NCBI GenBank assembly: GCA_001824825.1
Contig: MHTK01000006.1
Span: 252,138-316,137, forward strand
Reading direction: 5' to 3'
Source of the DNA: Candidatus Vogelbacteria bacterium RIFOXYD1_FULL_46_19
Lineage (GTDB): Bacteria > Patescibacteriota > Minisyncoccia > Phycocordibacterales > XYD1-FULL-46-19
DNA: 64,000 nucleotides
Positions 46,931-57,712 of this stretch are shown here, piece after piece (position 1 is the first letter of the stretch; each line of letters begins with the position of its first letter). The translations under genes were made by a program, and so were the position numbers. The notes beneath the pieces were generated by a model. That model ran no database searches. It had not been told where the DNA came from and saw only the letters and a list, made by a program, of their open reading frames with translations.

Positions 46931-47929
46931 CTAATTGGTTATAGTGTTAGACAACTTGTCTACTAACAATTTCAAACTATGTTCGGCTACAACCTTCTCT
47001 CTATTACTCTTTCTTAAGTTAGCTTTAGTTTCTTCTACGGTGTTGAGGGCCTGCTCTAATTTGTTCTCAAAATGACGAATATTATCACTATTATCAACCA
47101 CTGTCACAGCCTCGCAAGCCATAGCCTCGAAAATAGTCTTGTCCATACTCCCTGTCGGAGTTAAGTTGACATAAACATCCTTGCTCTGAAAAAAATCTCG
47201 AGCCTCTTCTTGGTTAACCGCCGGAATAAATATAAGATGTCCCGAATTTAAAATAGGAATAGCCATTTGGCGCAACTTTTGTGCATAGACCTGATCTTTT
47301 TCATTAGCAGGAGACCCAATTATATAAGCTTTAAAATCAAGACCTAAATTTTTAAGGCCGATTAGAGCTTCAATAAATAAATCCACTCTCTTTACTGGAG
47401 ATATTCGACCAAGCATGAAGACAGATCCCCCTTCCCGCTTATTATTATGAGGAGGGTGGAAAAAATCAGTATCCACACCAACTGGCATCAAAATAGCCTT
47501 CTTAAACCGGGCGGTGTAAGAGTCCGGTGAAGTGCAAAAAACTTTAGTACTAAAGTAAACCGCTAGCCTAGTTAGCCAGTTGCCTTGCCGATGATTACGC
47601 CAGAAAAATATCTCTTTACCTAGTAAATACCATAAGGGCTTGCCCAACAAAACATACTCTTGATTCATATGGACAAAAACCTTTTCATAGTTTGCTCTTT
47701 CATTCCAAATATATTTAAAAAGTCTAAGGGTGTACTTGATTTTTGACAAACCGTCTTCTTTGCCAAGCGATAAAACCTTAATATTAGACGGCAAGTTATG
47801 TTCACCCGTGAAAAGACAAATAACGGTGATGTGGTCAAATTTGGCCGAAAACTTTTTCAGCCAATTATGAAAAAAACCCAAGACCGGGTCATTTACATCA
47901 ACAGACTGAGTTATAATTAGTAGTTTCAT
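46931..47929 (-). CDS. Glycosyltransferase family 4
   Basis: GRISPVK; GSMDKTIFEAMAC. Confidence 0.85.
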   Translation of the reverse strand: MKLLIITQSVDVNDPVLGFFHNWLKKFSAKFDHITVICLFTGEHNLPSNIKVLSLGKEDGLSKIKYTLRLFKYIWNERANYEKVFVHMNQEYVLLGKPLWYLLGKEIFFWRNHRQGNWLTRLAVYFSTKVFCTSPDSYTARFKKAILMPVGVDTDFFHPPHNNKREGGSVFMLGRISPVKRVDLFIEALIGLKNLGLDFKAYIIGSPANEKDQVYAQKLRQMAIPILNSGHLIFIPAVNQEEARDFFQSKDVYVNLTPTGSMDKTIFEAMACEAVTVVDNSDNIRHFENKLEQALNTVEETKANLRKSNREKVVAEHSLKLLVDKLSNTITN

Positions 47930-47932
47930 TTA

Positions 47933-48799
47933 TCATTCTATATTCTTCCTCGTTAGAATATCCTTACCATAAACTCCTGTTAACAAATCGAGATCTTTTT
48001 TAGTTTCTATTAACAATGAGTTGTTTTTTTCTTCATTGGCCTTCAAAACTTGTAGCCCCAACACGTCATCAGGTCTATTTTTTTCATAAAAATCCACAAA
48101 AGCAGCAAAATCTTTAATGAAACAGTGGCCACCGGCGCCGCGACCACTTTTATGAATCGGATTCAAGTAAGTCGGCCCGGTATCAGGATCGGCACTCATA
48201 GCTTCTTTCACCACCTCCCAGTCAGCCCCAATGTCCGTAGATAGATCATAAAGGACGTTGGAAAAAATAACCCTGACATATCCTAAAACGTTGCGGCCGT
48301 ATTTAATCGTTTCAGCGTCAACCGAAGAGCAAATCTTTTCGTACCCCGCTTTCGGTAAAACACTCATAACCAACTTGGCTTTCTCGTGGTAAGTAGGAGA
48401 ACCCAGCGGCACCCCAACAATGTTTCTCGCCGGGTTAGCCGCGTCATGAGCAGCCGTAGCTTCAGTTAGAAATTCCGGCGAGTTTAAGACAAAAATCTCA
48501 GGATAAAGTTCCTGCAAGTGACCAGTGGTACCCGGTAAAATCGTAGATTTGATAACAGCAATTTTGTCTTTACCAACTAACCCCAAAACCTCTTTTATGA
48601 TGGAGTAGTCAAACCCCTCGGGTGTAGTAGGTGTGGGGACGGCAATAAAAACAACGTCACACTCTGCTATAGCGTCTCGATTGTCGATATATGGTTTTTC
48701 CATCGCATAGCGAGTAACCACAAATCCCCTCTTCTCAAAATCATCAGCATAATTTTTACCGATCCAACCTTGACCAATAAATCCGATCTTTAAATTCAT
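47933..48799 (-). CDS. UDP-glucose/GDP-mannose dehydrogenase family (short form)
   Basis: GQGWIG, FIAVPTP, KSTILPG, SPEFL, GAGGHCFIKD. Confidence 0.85.
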   Translation of the reverse strand: MNLKIGFIGQGWIGKNYADDFEKRGFVVTRYAMEKPYIDNRDAIAECDVVFIAVPTPTTPEGFDYSIIKEVLGLVGKDKIAVIKSTILPGTTGHLQELYPEIFVLNSPEFLTEATAAHDAANPARNIVGVPLGSPTYHEKAKLVMSVLPKAGYEKICSSVDAETIKYGRNVLGYVRVIFSNVLYDLSTDIGADWEVVKEAMSADPDTGPTYLNPIHKSGRGAGGHCFIKDFAAFVDFYEKNRPDDVLGLQVLKANEEKNNSLLIETKKDLDLLTGVYGKDILTRKNIE

Positions 48800-48805
48800 A
48801 GTATT

Positions 48806-49873
48806 CTATATTAACCTCTCCCAAGACTCCTTGTAAAGAATCAGATTTTCTTTTTCCGTTGGCAGGTTAGAAACAGCCTCCTTGGCTTTACTCCCCAGAC
48901 TTTCCCTCCTTTTCTCATCCAGCATCAAACCGGCCATGGCCGCGACCAACTCTTCCTCATTTGAATCTACGATTAGTCCATTTTCTTGATCAAGAATAAC
49001 TTCCCCAGCACAACCAACATCAGTCATAATGATAGGCAAACCAAAACTGGCGGCTTCTACCACCACCAAACCCCAACCTTCACTAGTAGAAGTAAGTAAA
49101 AAAACGTCAGCTGACTTGTAAAGATTCCTCATCTCCCTTACTTGGCCAAGGAAAATCACCTTATCTTGCAAGTTTAGACCCCGTACTAACTGTTGCAACT
49201 TGTTTTTTTCTGGTCCATCTCCGGCTATTTTTAAAACAACATTGGGGTACCTTTTTACCACTCCAGCCATCGCTTTTATTTGCAAAGAAATATTTTTTAC
49301 GGGCACTAAACGAGCAACTGTAAAAAAAACAAATGGATCATGGGGCAGATAATCTTTTTTACCTTCTACAGTGTGAGGATATGAAGAGTAGACCGGAATA
49401 ATGTAAATTTTAAACTCTGAGATTTTAAAATTGTCTATTAAATGTTGTTTGAGCCTTTGACTCACCACCCTAATACCGTCAGCTCTTTTAATGTTAAAAG
49501 CAAAGATTAGCCGTCTAAAAAAATTCCCTTTTTCAAATCCATGTATTTGAATCTCTAGTTTTAAATCATACCTCCAAGCAATCAGCCACGCTAAAAAAGC
49601 TAGATAGTAATTATCTTGAACAGTGATAATGTCAAAACCCCTTCTGGCAGTAATAACTAATCTGGCATATAAGCGGAACCACTGAACAATTTTATTTGAC
49701 CCCGCTAGGCCAGACACCGCCACTTTATCACTTAAAGCAACGAATTCATCTTTACGACTAGGGACAAAAACTAGATACTTTGTCAAAAACTGGCTCTGAG
49801 CCAATAGTCGCTTCGCCAGTCCCGAGCTGGGAGTAAGGGCACTCTGATCAAGACCTAAGCTTATAATTTTCAT
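48806..49873 (-). CDS. Glycosyltransferase family 4
   Basis: VARLVPVKN; EGWGLVVVEA. Confidence 0.9.
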   Translation of the reverse strand: MKIISLGLDQSALTPSSGLAKRLLAQSQFLTKYLVFVPSRKDEFVALSDKVAVSGLAGSNKIVQWFRLYARLVITARRGFDIITVQDNYYLAFLAWLIAWRYDLKLEIQIHGFEKGNFFRRLIFAFNIKRADGIRVVSQRLKQHLIDNFKISEFKIYIIPVYSSYPHTVEGKKDYLPHDPFVFFTVARLVPVKNISLQIKAMAGVVKRYPNVVLKIAGDGPEKNKLQQLVRGLNLQDKVIFLGQVREMRNLYKSADVFLLTSTSEGWGLVVVEAASFGLPIIMTDVGCAGEVILDQENGLIVDSNEEELVAAMAGLMLDEKRRESLGSKAKEAVSNLPTEKENLILYKESWERLI

Positions 49874-50880
49874 ATTAATTGCTCAAACTGACGAACGATG
49901 TCGTCATAAGACCAGGTCAAGCTGAACTTGGATATATTTTCCTGGCACTGCTTATAATGACAAACATCTGCCATTAATAAAATCTTATCCGATATATCAT
50001 TAGCATCAAAAGGGTCCACGTATAAAGCTCCATCTTTCATAATATCTTTGATGCCATTGTCTTTGGTCAACACAACGGGTTTATTAAAAGAGGCAGCCTC
50101 AAGGGCTAGATTAGGACTAACTTCTGAAAAAGAAGGAATAATAACGGCGTAACAGTTTTTTATTTCCCGAAAAAGGTCTTCTTGGGATTGTTGATTTAAA
50201 ATTTTTAATTTAAGAGTTTTGTCTTTTATTTGAGCCTGGCTGAATGCCTCTTTAAGTCCAGATAGATTTTTTAAAAAAATATCCCGCCCGGCGGTTATAA
50301 ATACTTTTTCCGCTAACCCTTGGTTATTTAAACCTAAACCAGCTCGGCTAAACACAAAACTGTTTTGAATAATAACTATTTTAGACCTGGGTATTTCATA
50401 GGGTCCTTGCCAAATCCCCGACTGCCACTCAGTGCTGAAAACAACACAACTAGCTGCTTTAATTACCTTTTTAGTGATAAAAAAAACCACTTTATCTTTA
50501 AAAGAAACCCTAAAGTTTTTCTTATAAAACTCTGACAGTTGAATTCTGGTCTGAGTTCTCTCTACAAAACTCTCCCACAAAAAGTCCCCACCAATCCTTA
50601 TTATCAACTTTTTCCCAAACAGAAAGCTAACAACTGCCGCCGGCAGTCCCACACTAAAAGTATCCAGGGCTAAAATACAGTCTGCCCCTCTAATTTTTCG
50701 ACCCAACCTCACAAGATAGAGAATATGACGAATTATTACCGGCCATTTTAAAAATTCGCCAAAACCAACAACGATCACATTTTCTCCCTTGTCTTTCCAA
50801 GCTTTTTCTAAATTTTTGACGTAAGTCGCTGGGCCGCCAATGTCCGGGGGGTATAAAGGGGTGGCAATAACTATTTTCAT
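49870..50880 (-). CDS. Glycosyltransferase family 4
   Basis: YPPDIGGPATY; EVSPNLALEA. Confidence 0.85.
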   Translation of the reverse strand: MKIVIATPLYPPDIGGPATYVKNLEKAWKDKGENVIVVGFGEFLKWPVIIRHILYLVRLGRKIRGADCILALDTFSVGLPAAVVSFLFGKKLIIRIGGDFLWESFVERTQTRIQLSEFYKKNFRVSFKDKVVFFITKKVIKAASCVVFSTEWQSGIWQGPYEIPRSKIVIIQNSFVFSRAGLGLNNQGLAEKVFITAGRDIFLKNLSGLKEAFSQAQIKDKTLKLKILNQQSQEDLFREIKNCYAVIIPSFSEVSPNLALEAASFNKPVVLTKDNGIKDIMKDGALYVDPFDANDISDKILLMADVCHYKQCQENISKFSLTWSYDDIVRQFEQLI

Positions 50881-50885
50881 AATGT

Positions 50886-52019
50886 TTATCTAGAAAAAAA
50901 GGTGTGGAAAATCAAACTCATGTCTTTAACGATCGTCTCCCAACTGTATTTTTTTTCAATCAACTGCCGAGCCTGATGTATTATTGGTCCAACTTGTTCT
51001 TTATTCTTATCATCTAACACGAAAGATAAGGCAGTGGCAATCGACGCCGGGCTGTCGGGTTCAACTGCAAAACCAGTGACTCGATCAGTGAGAAAATCGG
51101 GAATACCACCCACCAAGGTTCCCACGACCGGTACCCCCACCGCCATTGCTTCTAAAAAGGCATTACCGAGACCCTCCGTCCGAGATGGTCGAATAAACAC
51201 CTCGCCAGACTGTAAAAAAGCCGGTAGGTCGGCTTGGGACACTAACCCCTGCCAAACCACACGCCGAGCTACCCCCAACTCATCCGCCAAAGCTTTGAGT
51301 TTATTCTCCTCTGGCCCCACCCCGGCAATGTGAAAAGTCACATCAGCCGGCAACAGAGGCAAAGCTTTAATGACTAAATCCAAACCATTTTTATGAACCA
51401 ACCGCGAGGCGGTCACTATTTTTTTACCGGTCTCCGTCGGATTACCCCCCCGTTCGTCTCGAGTGAATTTATTTAAATCGACACCGTTGGGGATAACCAC
51501 CACTTCGCCCGTCGCCCCCATCCTTCGGGCCCACACGGCTAAATAAGTGGAAATACACTGAATATTGTTAGCTTGAGTGAAAATACTACTCCACCAACGC
51601 TTAATCACTCGAACCTTTCTTTCCACTTCGGCCAAATCATCCCCTTCCTGCAAGGTTAAAAGGTAAGGCACCCTCGGAAACCGAACTTTAAACCGGGCGG
51701 CCGCCAAACCACCAAAACTAGCCATAATGGCCCAGACCCCGTTGTAGGGCTTTCTCGAGTGCAACCGAGTGGCCAAGAAGGCTCCTCCCCAGGCTAACCA
51801 CAGCTTATCCACCGGTAATCCCCAACCTAGGCGATACACTGTTGCGCGCCCCACCTGCTCCCGGCGGGGTAGCTTACGGTCGAGCCTAGCCGTCAGCACA
51901 TCAAAATCATACTCCGTTAGGCGGTCGGTGATTTCTTTAACTGCCACTTCTGCTCCGCCAACGAGTGGTAAGTAAGCGGTGGAAAAAATTAGAATTCTCT
52001 GGCGTTTAACTTCAGCCAT
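50886..52019 (-). CDS. Glycosyltransferase family 4
   Basis: GGAEVA; SRLVHKNG; EGLGNAFLEAMA; start moved to ATG 52019. Confidence 0.9.
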   Translation of the reverse strand: MAEVKRQRILIFSTAYLPLVGGAEVAVKEITDRLTEYDFDVLTARLDRKLPRREQVGRATVYRLGWGLPVDKLWLAWGGAFLATRLHSRKPYNGVWAIMASFGGLAAARFKVRFPRVPYLLTLQEGDDLAEVERKVRVIKRWWSSIFTQANNIQCISTYLAVWARRMGATGEVVVIPNGVDLNKFTRDERGGNPTETGKKIVTASRLVHKNGLDLVIKALPLLPADVTFHIAGVGPEENKLKALADELGVARRVVWQGLVSQADLPAFLQSGEVFIRPSRTEGLGNAFLEAMAVGVPVVGTLVGGIPDFLTDRVTGFAVEPDSPASIATALSFVLDDKNKEQVGPIIHQARQLIEKKYSWETIVKDMSLIFHTFFSR

Positions 52020-52020
52020 A

Positions 52021-53823
52021 CTACTTTTTAACATCCAACATTTGTCGCAACACCTCTTCTGGAATTTCTTGCTTGTCAGTGGGCCCTTTAGGAGCGGGGG
52101 TCGAGGTCGACAGCTGGTCCACCAGTGCTACCGGTTTCTCCACTGGAACAGTTTTTACTTTTGGTTGATCGGACCGGTTCTGCATTAATTCTTGAAGAGC
52201 ACTCCGCAGAGCGTCTCGACTTTTTTCAGTACTCTTGGAATTATTAGCAACTTGCACGGAACGCTCTTTCAAATGACCTAAAGAGACGGCCGAGCGCTCG
52301 GTAATTTTAATGGCCTGATGGCTGGGGACCACCGGGGCCAGATTCGGCTCCTGACGCTGATTATTAGACGGCGCCGGCTGATGAGTCGGGGCTGGTTTAG
52401 ACTGGGGGCTCGGCTCCACCTTAGGCCGAGACTCACGGGGCCGTTCCTCAGCCCGCCGGCCATTATTACTGGGAGCTGAGTTAGAACTCGTTCTAGGACG
52501 GTTTGAGGCAGAATTATGATTACTCTGACTACTTGAGGTCGCGTGAAGTTCCATGACCTCACTTTCCACCTCCGCCCGGGGCTTGGTAAATTTACTGCGC
52601 GACCGCCTCACCACTTCCTCTTTAAAAGACGTCTCCAGAGCGGGAATCGGGGGCAAGGTTACAGCCGAAAAAGGTTTAGACCCAATCCCATCGATCATCA
52701 GACTCATATATATTTGAGCAAACCCTAAGCTCACTAAGTCTTCCTTGGTAAAGGTGGGAAAGAAAACTTTTTCAAACACTTCCGCATCAAAAGGACCTAC
52801 CCGAAAAACCACCGTCGTACCAACGTTACCAAAAACCGCATCCCGCACCTCTTCCGGCATTTGCTCTATGTACTGGTGCGCAATCGTGAGCGACAGTTTA
52901 TATTTACGCGCCTCGGATAAAATATCGGCAAAACTTTCATTGGCAAAAGATTGAAACTCATCTACGTACAAGTAAAAAGGTGGTAGCTTGGTCATTTCGG
53001 CGTCCGACACATTGGCTCGGGACATCGCGGCCAAGTAAATTTTGGTGATGAGCATTGAGCCGATCAGGTTAGCGTTCCCCTCCCCAATTAAACCTTTGGA
53101 CAAGTTAATGATGACGATTTTTTTCTGGTCCATTAATTCCCGAAAATCAAAAGATGATTTGGTTTGGCCCAAAATGTTGCGAATGAGCGGATTGGACGTA
53201 AACTGCCCAACTTTGTTTTGAATAGCCGGCGTCGCCTCGGCGGCAAAGCGCTCGGTGTAATTGGCAAACTCGTCGACCCAGAAGGAGCGAACGCCCGGGT
53301 CGGTGACACAAGCCACCACTTTTTCCCGAAACTTTTTATCGGAAATCATTTTATTGACCGAAAGCAGGGTTGAGCCCGGGTACTCTAGCAAAGCCAAAAT
53401 AGTGTTGTTTAAAATATACTCCATCCGAGCCGACCACGCGTCGACCCAGATTTTTTTGAAGGCACTCATGAGACCCGCCGCCACCAAGTGGCGGCGGTCT
53501 TTACCCACATCCTCCATCACGTTAAAGGCAATTGGGTAATCTAAATCAAACGGCGCAATGTAAAGCACATCGTCGAGACGCTCTTTCGGAATGTATTCGA
53601 GTAACAACTCTGCCGTTTTACCGTGCGGGTCGATAAAACACATCCCCTCGCCATTTTTAATATCTTGAATGGCCAGGTTCTCGAGCATCGTCGATTTGCC
53701 CATACCAGTTTTCCCGATCACATACATATGACGGGCCCGATCTTCCGACTTGATACCGAAAGTAATTTTTCGGCCCCGAAAGTCGGTTTGAGCAAAATAA
53801 TTTATGTGAGAAGACTGATCCAT
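52021..53823 (-). CDS. VirD4/TraG-like (type IV coupling / HerA-FtsK) ATPase
   Basis: RHMYVIGKTGMGKS Walker A, IDPHG, YVDEFQ Walker B, EARKY, AHQY; disordered C-terminal tail. Confidence 0.85.
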   Translation of the reverse strand: MDQSSHINYFAQTDFRGRKITFGIKSEDRARHMYVIGKTGMGKSTMLENLAIQDIKNGEGMCFIDPHGKTAELLLEYIPKERLDDVLYIAPFDLDYPIAFNVMEDVGKDRRHLVAAGLMSAFKKIWVDAWSARMEYILNNTILALLEYPGSTLLSVNKMISDKKFREKVVACVTDPGVRSFWVDEFANYTERFAAEATPAIQNKVGQFTSNPLIRNILGQTKSSFDFRELMDQKKIVIINLSKGLIGEGNANLIGSMLITKIYLAAMSRANVSDAEMTKLPPFYLYVDEFQSFANESFADILSEARKYKLSLTIAHQYIEQMPEEVRDAVFGNVGTTVVFRVGPFDAEVFEKVFFPTFTKEDLVSLGFAQIYMSLMIDGIGSKPFSAVTLPPIPALETSFKEEVVRRSRSKFTKPRAEVESEVMELHATSSSQSNHNSASNRPRTSSNSAPSNNGRRAEERPRESRPKVEPSPQSKPAPTHQPAPSNNQRQEPNLAPVVPSHQAIKITERSAVSLGHLKERSVQVANNSKSTEKSRDALRSALQELMQNRSDQPKVKTVPVEKPVALVDQLSTSTPAPKGPTDKQEIPEEVLRQMLDVKK

Positions 53824-53923
53824 AAATAAGAGTAAGACTAGACTAAAGTATAACGCTTACTCCCATATTTACAAAGGGAAAAAGCCATAAGGCTGATCAA
53901 TTAGAGCGACATTTTCTCACGCC

Positions 53924-55171
53924 TTACTCCGCTTTATAAACTTCTCGAGTGTATTTGTTGGATGGATCCCACATCATCCAAGAGGTCAGACCCAGGTCAT
54001 AAGTGGCCTTAATCTGAGCGGTGACCATGGCCGGCGTGTAGACTACTGGATAGTCAAAATCTTGCAACCACGGCCTAATTTTGGACCGATTATAAGCCTT
54101 TTTAGTGTAAAGTTGAGGGGTAGTAGAAGCGATCGGTTCGCCAGCCAGCGTGGCGACTTTAGTGGAAGTGGCCTCGGTTCGGCTGATAGCTGTGGTGAGG
54201 GCATTAGTAATAATTTCGTAAGGATACGAATTAGGATTAGCGTAGCCACCAAAACCATTGTAATAATGGGAAGGGTAAATCATGGGGGCGACATAATCAA
54301 AGTGAGGTAAAGTTCTTTCCCACACCTGGCCGATACCTACGTCCACAAAACTCGAGGTGGTCATCCCAAACACATCAGCTGAAATAATCATCCCGGTGGG
54401 CTTGAGCTTTTGATTTAAGTAAACAAAAAATTCTTCCAGTACGGCCGGCTTGGGTCTATTCCCGGACAAAGGAAAATGAATATCTTGCATATTACCGTCC
54501 GAGGGAAAGCGGATGTAATCGAAATTTAGTTCATCCACCCCTTGCTCATAAGCATCAGTGGAAATATCCACAATATGATCCCACGCCAAGCGCGAAGCCG
54601 GATCGATGTAGTTGATCCCCTTCCGATCAGCCCACAAACGGCTGGTATCCGTTTCGTTTTTTACCGCCTCCGCCGGGTGGTGCCCCGCAAAAAGTGGATC
54701 TTGGAACACAGTTACGCGACCGATGACGTAAATATTTTCCGCATGCATGGCTGTGGTAAGCTCGGCCAAGTCACCCAGCGGGCACTTGGACACCGCGTAA
54801 GACTGGAGGCTTTCGTTCTGGGGGTTGAAACTAAGCGCACCGGTATAATCTTTTAAGTCCACTACGATAGCGTTTAACTCGGTTTCTTTCACTAAGTTGA
54901 TTAATTTTTGACGCAAGCTCGGGGTACCAGCCACACAACTGGTCATATAGACAGCTTTCAAAGGTTCCGGAGTTTCCAAATGAGGCACCGGTTCGGGTTC
55001 ACTTTCCTTGTCTGCCCCCAAAGCCCAAGCCTGGCTAGAATAAACCGGCATAGTGTATTCCATGTTTGGTGTCTGTAAAAACTGCCAAGCTAAAAAAGCC
55101 GCCAGAGCGACTAGAATTGCCACACCAATGATTACGGCCAAGCTGCTGTAGCTGGTCTTCATGAGGCTCAA
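53924..55171 (-). CDS. Putative glycoside hydrolase (DUF4015-like)
   Basis: N-terminal TM; NAIVVDLKD, GRVTVFQD, DELNFDYIRFP, PMIYPSHY, RPWLQDF. Confidence 0.8.
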   Translation of the reverse strand: MSLMKTSYSSLAVIIGVAILVALAAFLAWQFLQTPNMEYTMPVYSSQAWALGADKESEPEPVPHLETPEPLKAVYMTSCVAGTPSLRQKLINLVKETELNAIVVDLKDYTGALSFNPQNESLQSYAVSKCPLGDLAELTTAMHAENIYVIGRVTVFQDPLFAGHHPAEAVKNETDTSRLWADRKGINYIDPASRLAWDHIVDISTDAYEQGVDELNFDYIRFPSDGNMQDIHFPLSGNRPKPAVLEEFFVYLNQKLKPTGMIISADVFGMTTSSFVDVGIGQVWERTLPHFDYVAPMIYPSHYYNGFGGYANPNSYPYEIITNALTTAISRTEATSTKVATLAGEPIASTTPQLYTKKAYNRSKIRPWLQDFDYPVVYTPAMVTAQIKATYDLGLTSWMMWDPSNKYTREVYKAE

Positions 55172-55187
55172 AGGGAAAGCCCGTATC

Positions 55188-55481
55188 CTACGAGCGACTA
55201 TTATCGTCTGGTAATGAATCCTCGGCCTCTATCACCACGGTCTCGGCCACGGCCGCCACTTCCGGATCGGCCAAATTTTTCTGCACCAATTCGTCATAGC
55301 CCTCTTCGTAAAGCTTGTTGGCATAATGATTGCCGGTAAAACCCAAAATGGCAATTAGTAAGCCCAAGGCCACATACAAGGTATTGGTCCAAGCGTCCGG
55401 CAGACCACTAAAAAATACCAGCCCGACAATTAATAAACCCAAAATCGCACTAGCCCGATTGCGTAATATAATGCTTCTCAT
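55188..55481 (-). CDS. Small two-TM hypothetical protein
   Basis: Two hydrophobic helices; TAGAAT 9 nt before ATG. Confidence 0.6.
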   Translation of the reverse strand: MRSIILRNRASAILGLLIVGLVFFSGLPDAWTNTLYVALGLLIAILGFTGNHYANKLYEEGYDELVQKNLADPEVAAVAETVVIEAEDSLPDDNSRS

Positions 55482-55514
55482 ATAAAGCTCATTCTACTAA
55501 ACCAGGCGACTATT

Positions 55515-56837
55515 TCAAGCTACTAAAAGTTCCGACACGGCGGTCACATCCCCCGCCCCCATCACCATAATAAGATCACCTTGGCCGGCGACCCCAGCCG
55601 CCTCAGCAGCGGCGGTAAAATCCGGCACAGTTTCCACCGCTTGATGACCAGTGGCCCTTATAGCTTTAGCTAAGTCAGCGCTGTCGATACTGCCATCACT
55701 GGTTTCCCGCGCCGCGTAAATAGGCAACAGGATTACCCGGTCCGCGAGCACCAGCGCCTCGGCAAATGGTAATAAAAAATCTTTCGTCCGTGAGTATAAA
55801 TGTGGTTGGAAAATAGCCACCACTTGCCCACCCTGCACCTCTTCGCGGGCCGCCTGCAAAGTAGCTCTAACTTCATCCGGATGATGAGCGTAGTCATCAT
55901 AAACCCGCGCCCCAGTGGCCGTGACACCTTTAAAGTCGAACCGCCGCCAGGTTCCGGAAAAACTATTTAAAGCTTTGACTGTTTCAACTTCGTTTAAGTT
56001 GCAAGCCAGGGCCACACCCAGGGCCGCTTTAGCATCAGCCACCAAATGAGCCCCAGGAAAACGTAAAGCCAAGCCCTCGACAGTTTGGGTTGGGTAATCT
56101 ACCACCTTCGCTACCACTCCCGCTAAAACTGGTTTTAGATGAGGATCAGCTGTATCACAAACAATAAAACCATCGGCCGGTACTTTGTGCGCTAGCTCCC
56201 GAAAAGCCGCCTGAATATCAGCCAAGTCTTTGTAGTAATCCAGATGATCAGCTTCGATATTAGTGATAACCAGAATTTGGGGTGTTAAATTTAAGAAGGA
56301 GCGACGATACTCACAAGCTTCGGCAATGAAATATTTTCCAGTTCCAGCCACAAAATTTGACTGAAAATCCTTCAAAAAACTGCCCACAACCACCGTCGGA
56401 TCAAGTCCAGCGTCGAGAAAAATTTTAGCCAACATGCCAGTGGTGGTGGTCTTACCGTGGGTGCCAGCCACCGCAATCGTGTATTTATCGCTACTGATCA
56501 TCCCCAGGGCTTCAGGATAAGTAAGCATCGGTAAACCAAGTTCCTCCGCTTTGGCAAATTCCGGGTTCGAGGGGGGCACAGCAATGGTGTAAATAACCAA
56601 ATCCGCCTCAGCTGGCACCTGGTCGGCCTTATGGCCAATGTAAATAGTAGCACCTAGTTTTCTTAATTCTTCCGTCACTAAAGTTTCCGACTGGTCGGAA
56701 CCGCTAACGATTTTGCCCTCCAACATCATCATGCGAGCGATAGCTGAAACACCTATCCCCCCAATACCAATAAAGTGAACTTGCTTTGTCCGCCGTAGCT
56801 CAAGCGAAGGAATGTTTATATTATTTAAATCAACCAT
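55515..56837 (-). CDS. murC: UDP-N-acetylmuramate--L-alanine ligase
   Basis: HFIGIGGIG, AGTHGKTTT, EACEY, DHLDYY, DDYAHHP, FQPH.YSRT. Confidence 0.97.
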   Translation of the reverse strand: MVDLNNINIPSLELRRTKQVHFIGIGGIGVSAIARMMMLEGKIVSGSDQSETLVTEELRKLGATIYIGHKADQVPAEADLVIYTIAVPPSNPEFAKAEELGLPMLTYPEALGMISSDKYTIAVAGTHGKTTTTGMLAKIFLDAGLDPTVVVGSFLKDFQSNFVAGTGKYFIAEACEYRRSFLNLTPQILVITNIEADHLDYYKDLADIQAAFRELAHKVPADGFIVCDTADPHLKPVLAGVVAKVVDYPTQTVEGLALRFPGAHLVADAKAALGVALACNLNEVETVKALNSFSGTWRRFDFKGVTATGARVYDDYAHHPDEVRATLQAAREEVQGGQVVAIFQPHLYSRTKDFLLPFAEALVLADRVILLPIYAARETSDGSIDSADLAKAIRATGHQAVETVPDFTAAAEAAGVAGQGDLIMVMGAGDVTAVSELLVA

Positions 56838-56877
56838 ACGCTCAATTAAAACATTTTCTGATAACTAAAACAAAATT

Positions 56878-56910
56878 AACCCCTGACCTGCTTAAGCAGG
56901 TCAGGGGTTT
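56878..56910 (-). terminator. Intrinsic terminator
   Basis: AACCCCTGACCTGC-TTAA-GCAGGTCAGGGGTT perfect hairpin. Confidence 0.75.
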
Positions 56911-56944
56911 CTAGAGTCTATACAATTTCGGTACAGACTAATGA

Positions 56945-57646
56945 TTAAAGTGACGCAGGCAGGCGAGAGAACACCTGACGACCACCATCGCCCCACCCGT
57001 TCGAGCGCTCGACAGAGAGCGCAGAGACGAACCAGCCGTCGCCGTTCCAGTACACGTAGACCGTACAAAGCAAACTATTCTGGTCCTTGACGTAGAAAAT
57101 GTTGGCTCGGCCGTTGTTAAGCAAGGGACCAGACTCACCGCTTCTCTGCTTCTCCATCAAGGAGAACATCTCCGTCAAGGTGGTTTCGGCTTTTGTTTTG
57201 CCGCCAAGTTCGGCGATAATCTGTATGTCCAGGGAGGACTGCCGAAGCTTGTCGTAGTGGAGCGTGGTTTCTGATATCGGCTCTTCGATTTTGCCTTTCC
57301 CCGACAGGAACCAGGTGGTGAAGTTATTGCTGAAATTCGAGCAAATCCCTCCGTCTTTTTTGAGAAGGAATCTGTCTTTGGCAACGAACGGCTCCGTGGT
57401 AGCGGGAATAATGGTAGTGCCGACGAACTCGAGGAGGTCAGCTCGAGATTTTTCCGTCGACCTTAAATATTCATCACAAATTCGATCAACCCCCTCGGTC
57501 ATAACTCTCAGACCCTCAGGAGTATTTAACCACCTCAGGATTTTTTCCGGTTCCACTCCCCGCCGCGCCATCGTCTGAGCGAAGACATTAAACACCTCGC
57601 CAGCAAGGGCTACCGCTTGCCTGGCTTCTTTCCATTCATCTCGCAT
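56945..57646 (-). CDS. Hypothetical protein (233 aa), strong-SD cassette
   Basis: GAAAGGAG 6 nt before ATG; C-terminal NIFYV..V.W...GW.V.A.SV....W..G..VFSR. Confidence 0.75.
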   Translation of the reverse strand: MRDEWKEARQAVALAGEVFNVFAQTMARRGVEPEKILRWLNTPEGLRVMTEGVDRICDEYLRSTEKSRADLLEFVGTTIIPATTEPFVAKDRFLLKKDGGICSNFSNNFTTWFLSGKGKIEEPISETTLHYDKLRQSSLDIQIIAELGGKTKAETTLTEMFSLMEKQRSGESGPLLNNGRANIFYVKDQNSLLCTVYVYWNGDGWFVSALSVERSNGWGDGGRQVFSRLPASL

Positions 57647-57712
57647 ATCAAACTCCTTTCAGTCTTCCCTCATTTCGCCCTATGCGAAACCCCAGAAGAC
57701 TTTTCCTCCTTA

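Noticed and set aside
56945-57100. Diversity-generating retroelement target region
   Set aside because: No template repeat or reverse transcriptase visible in the window
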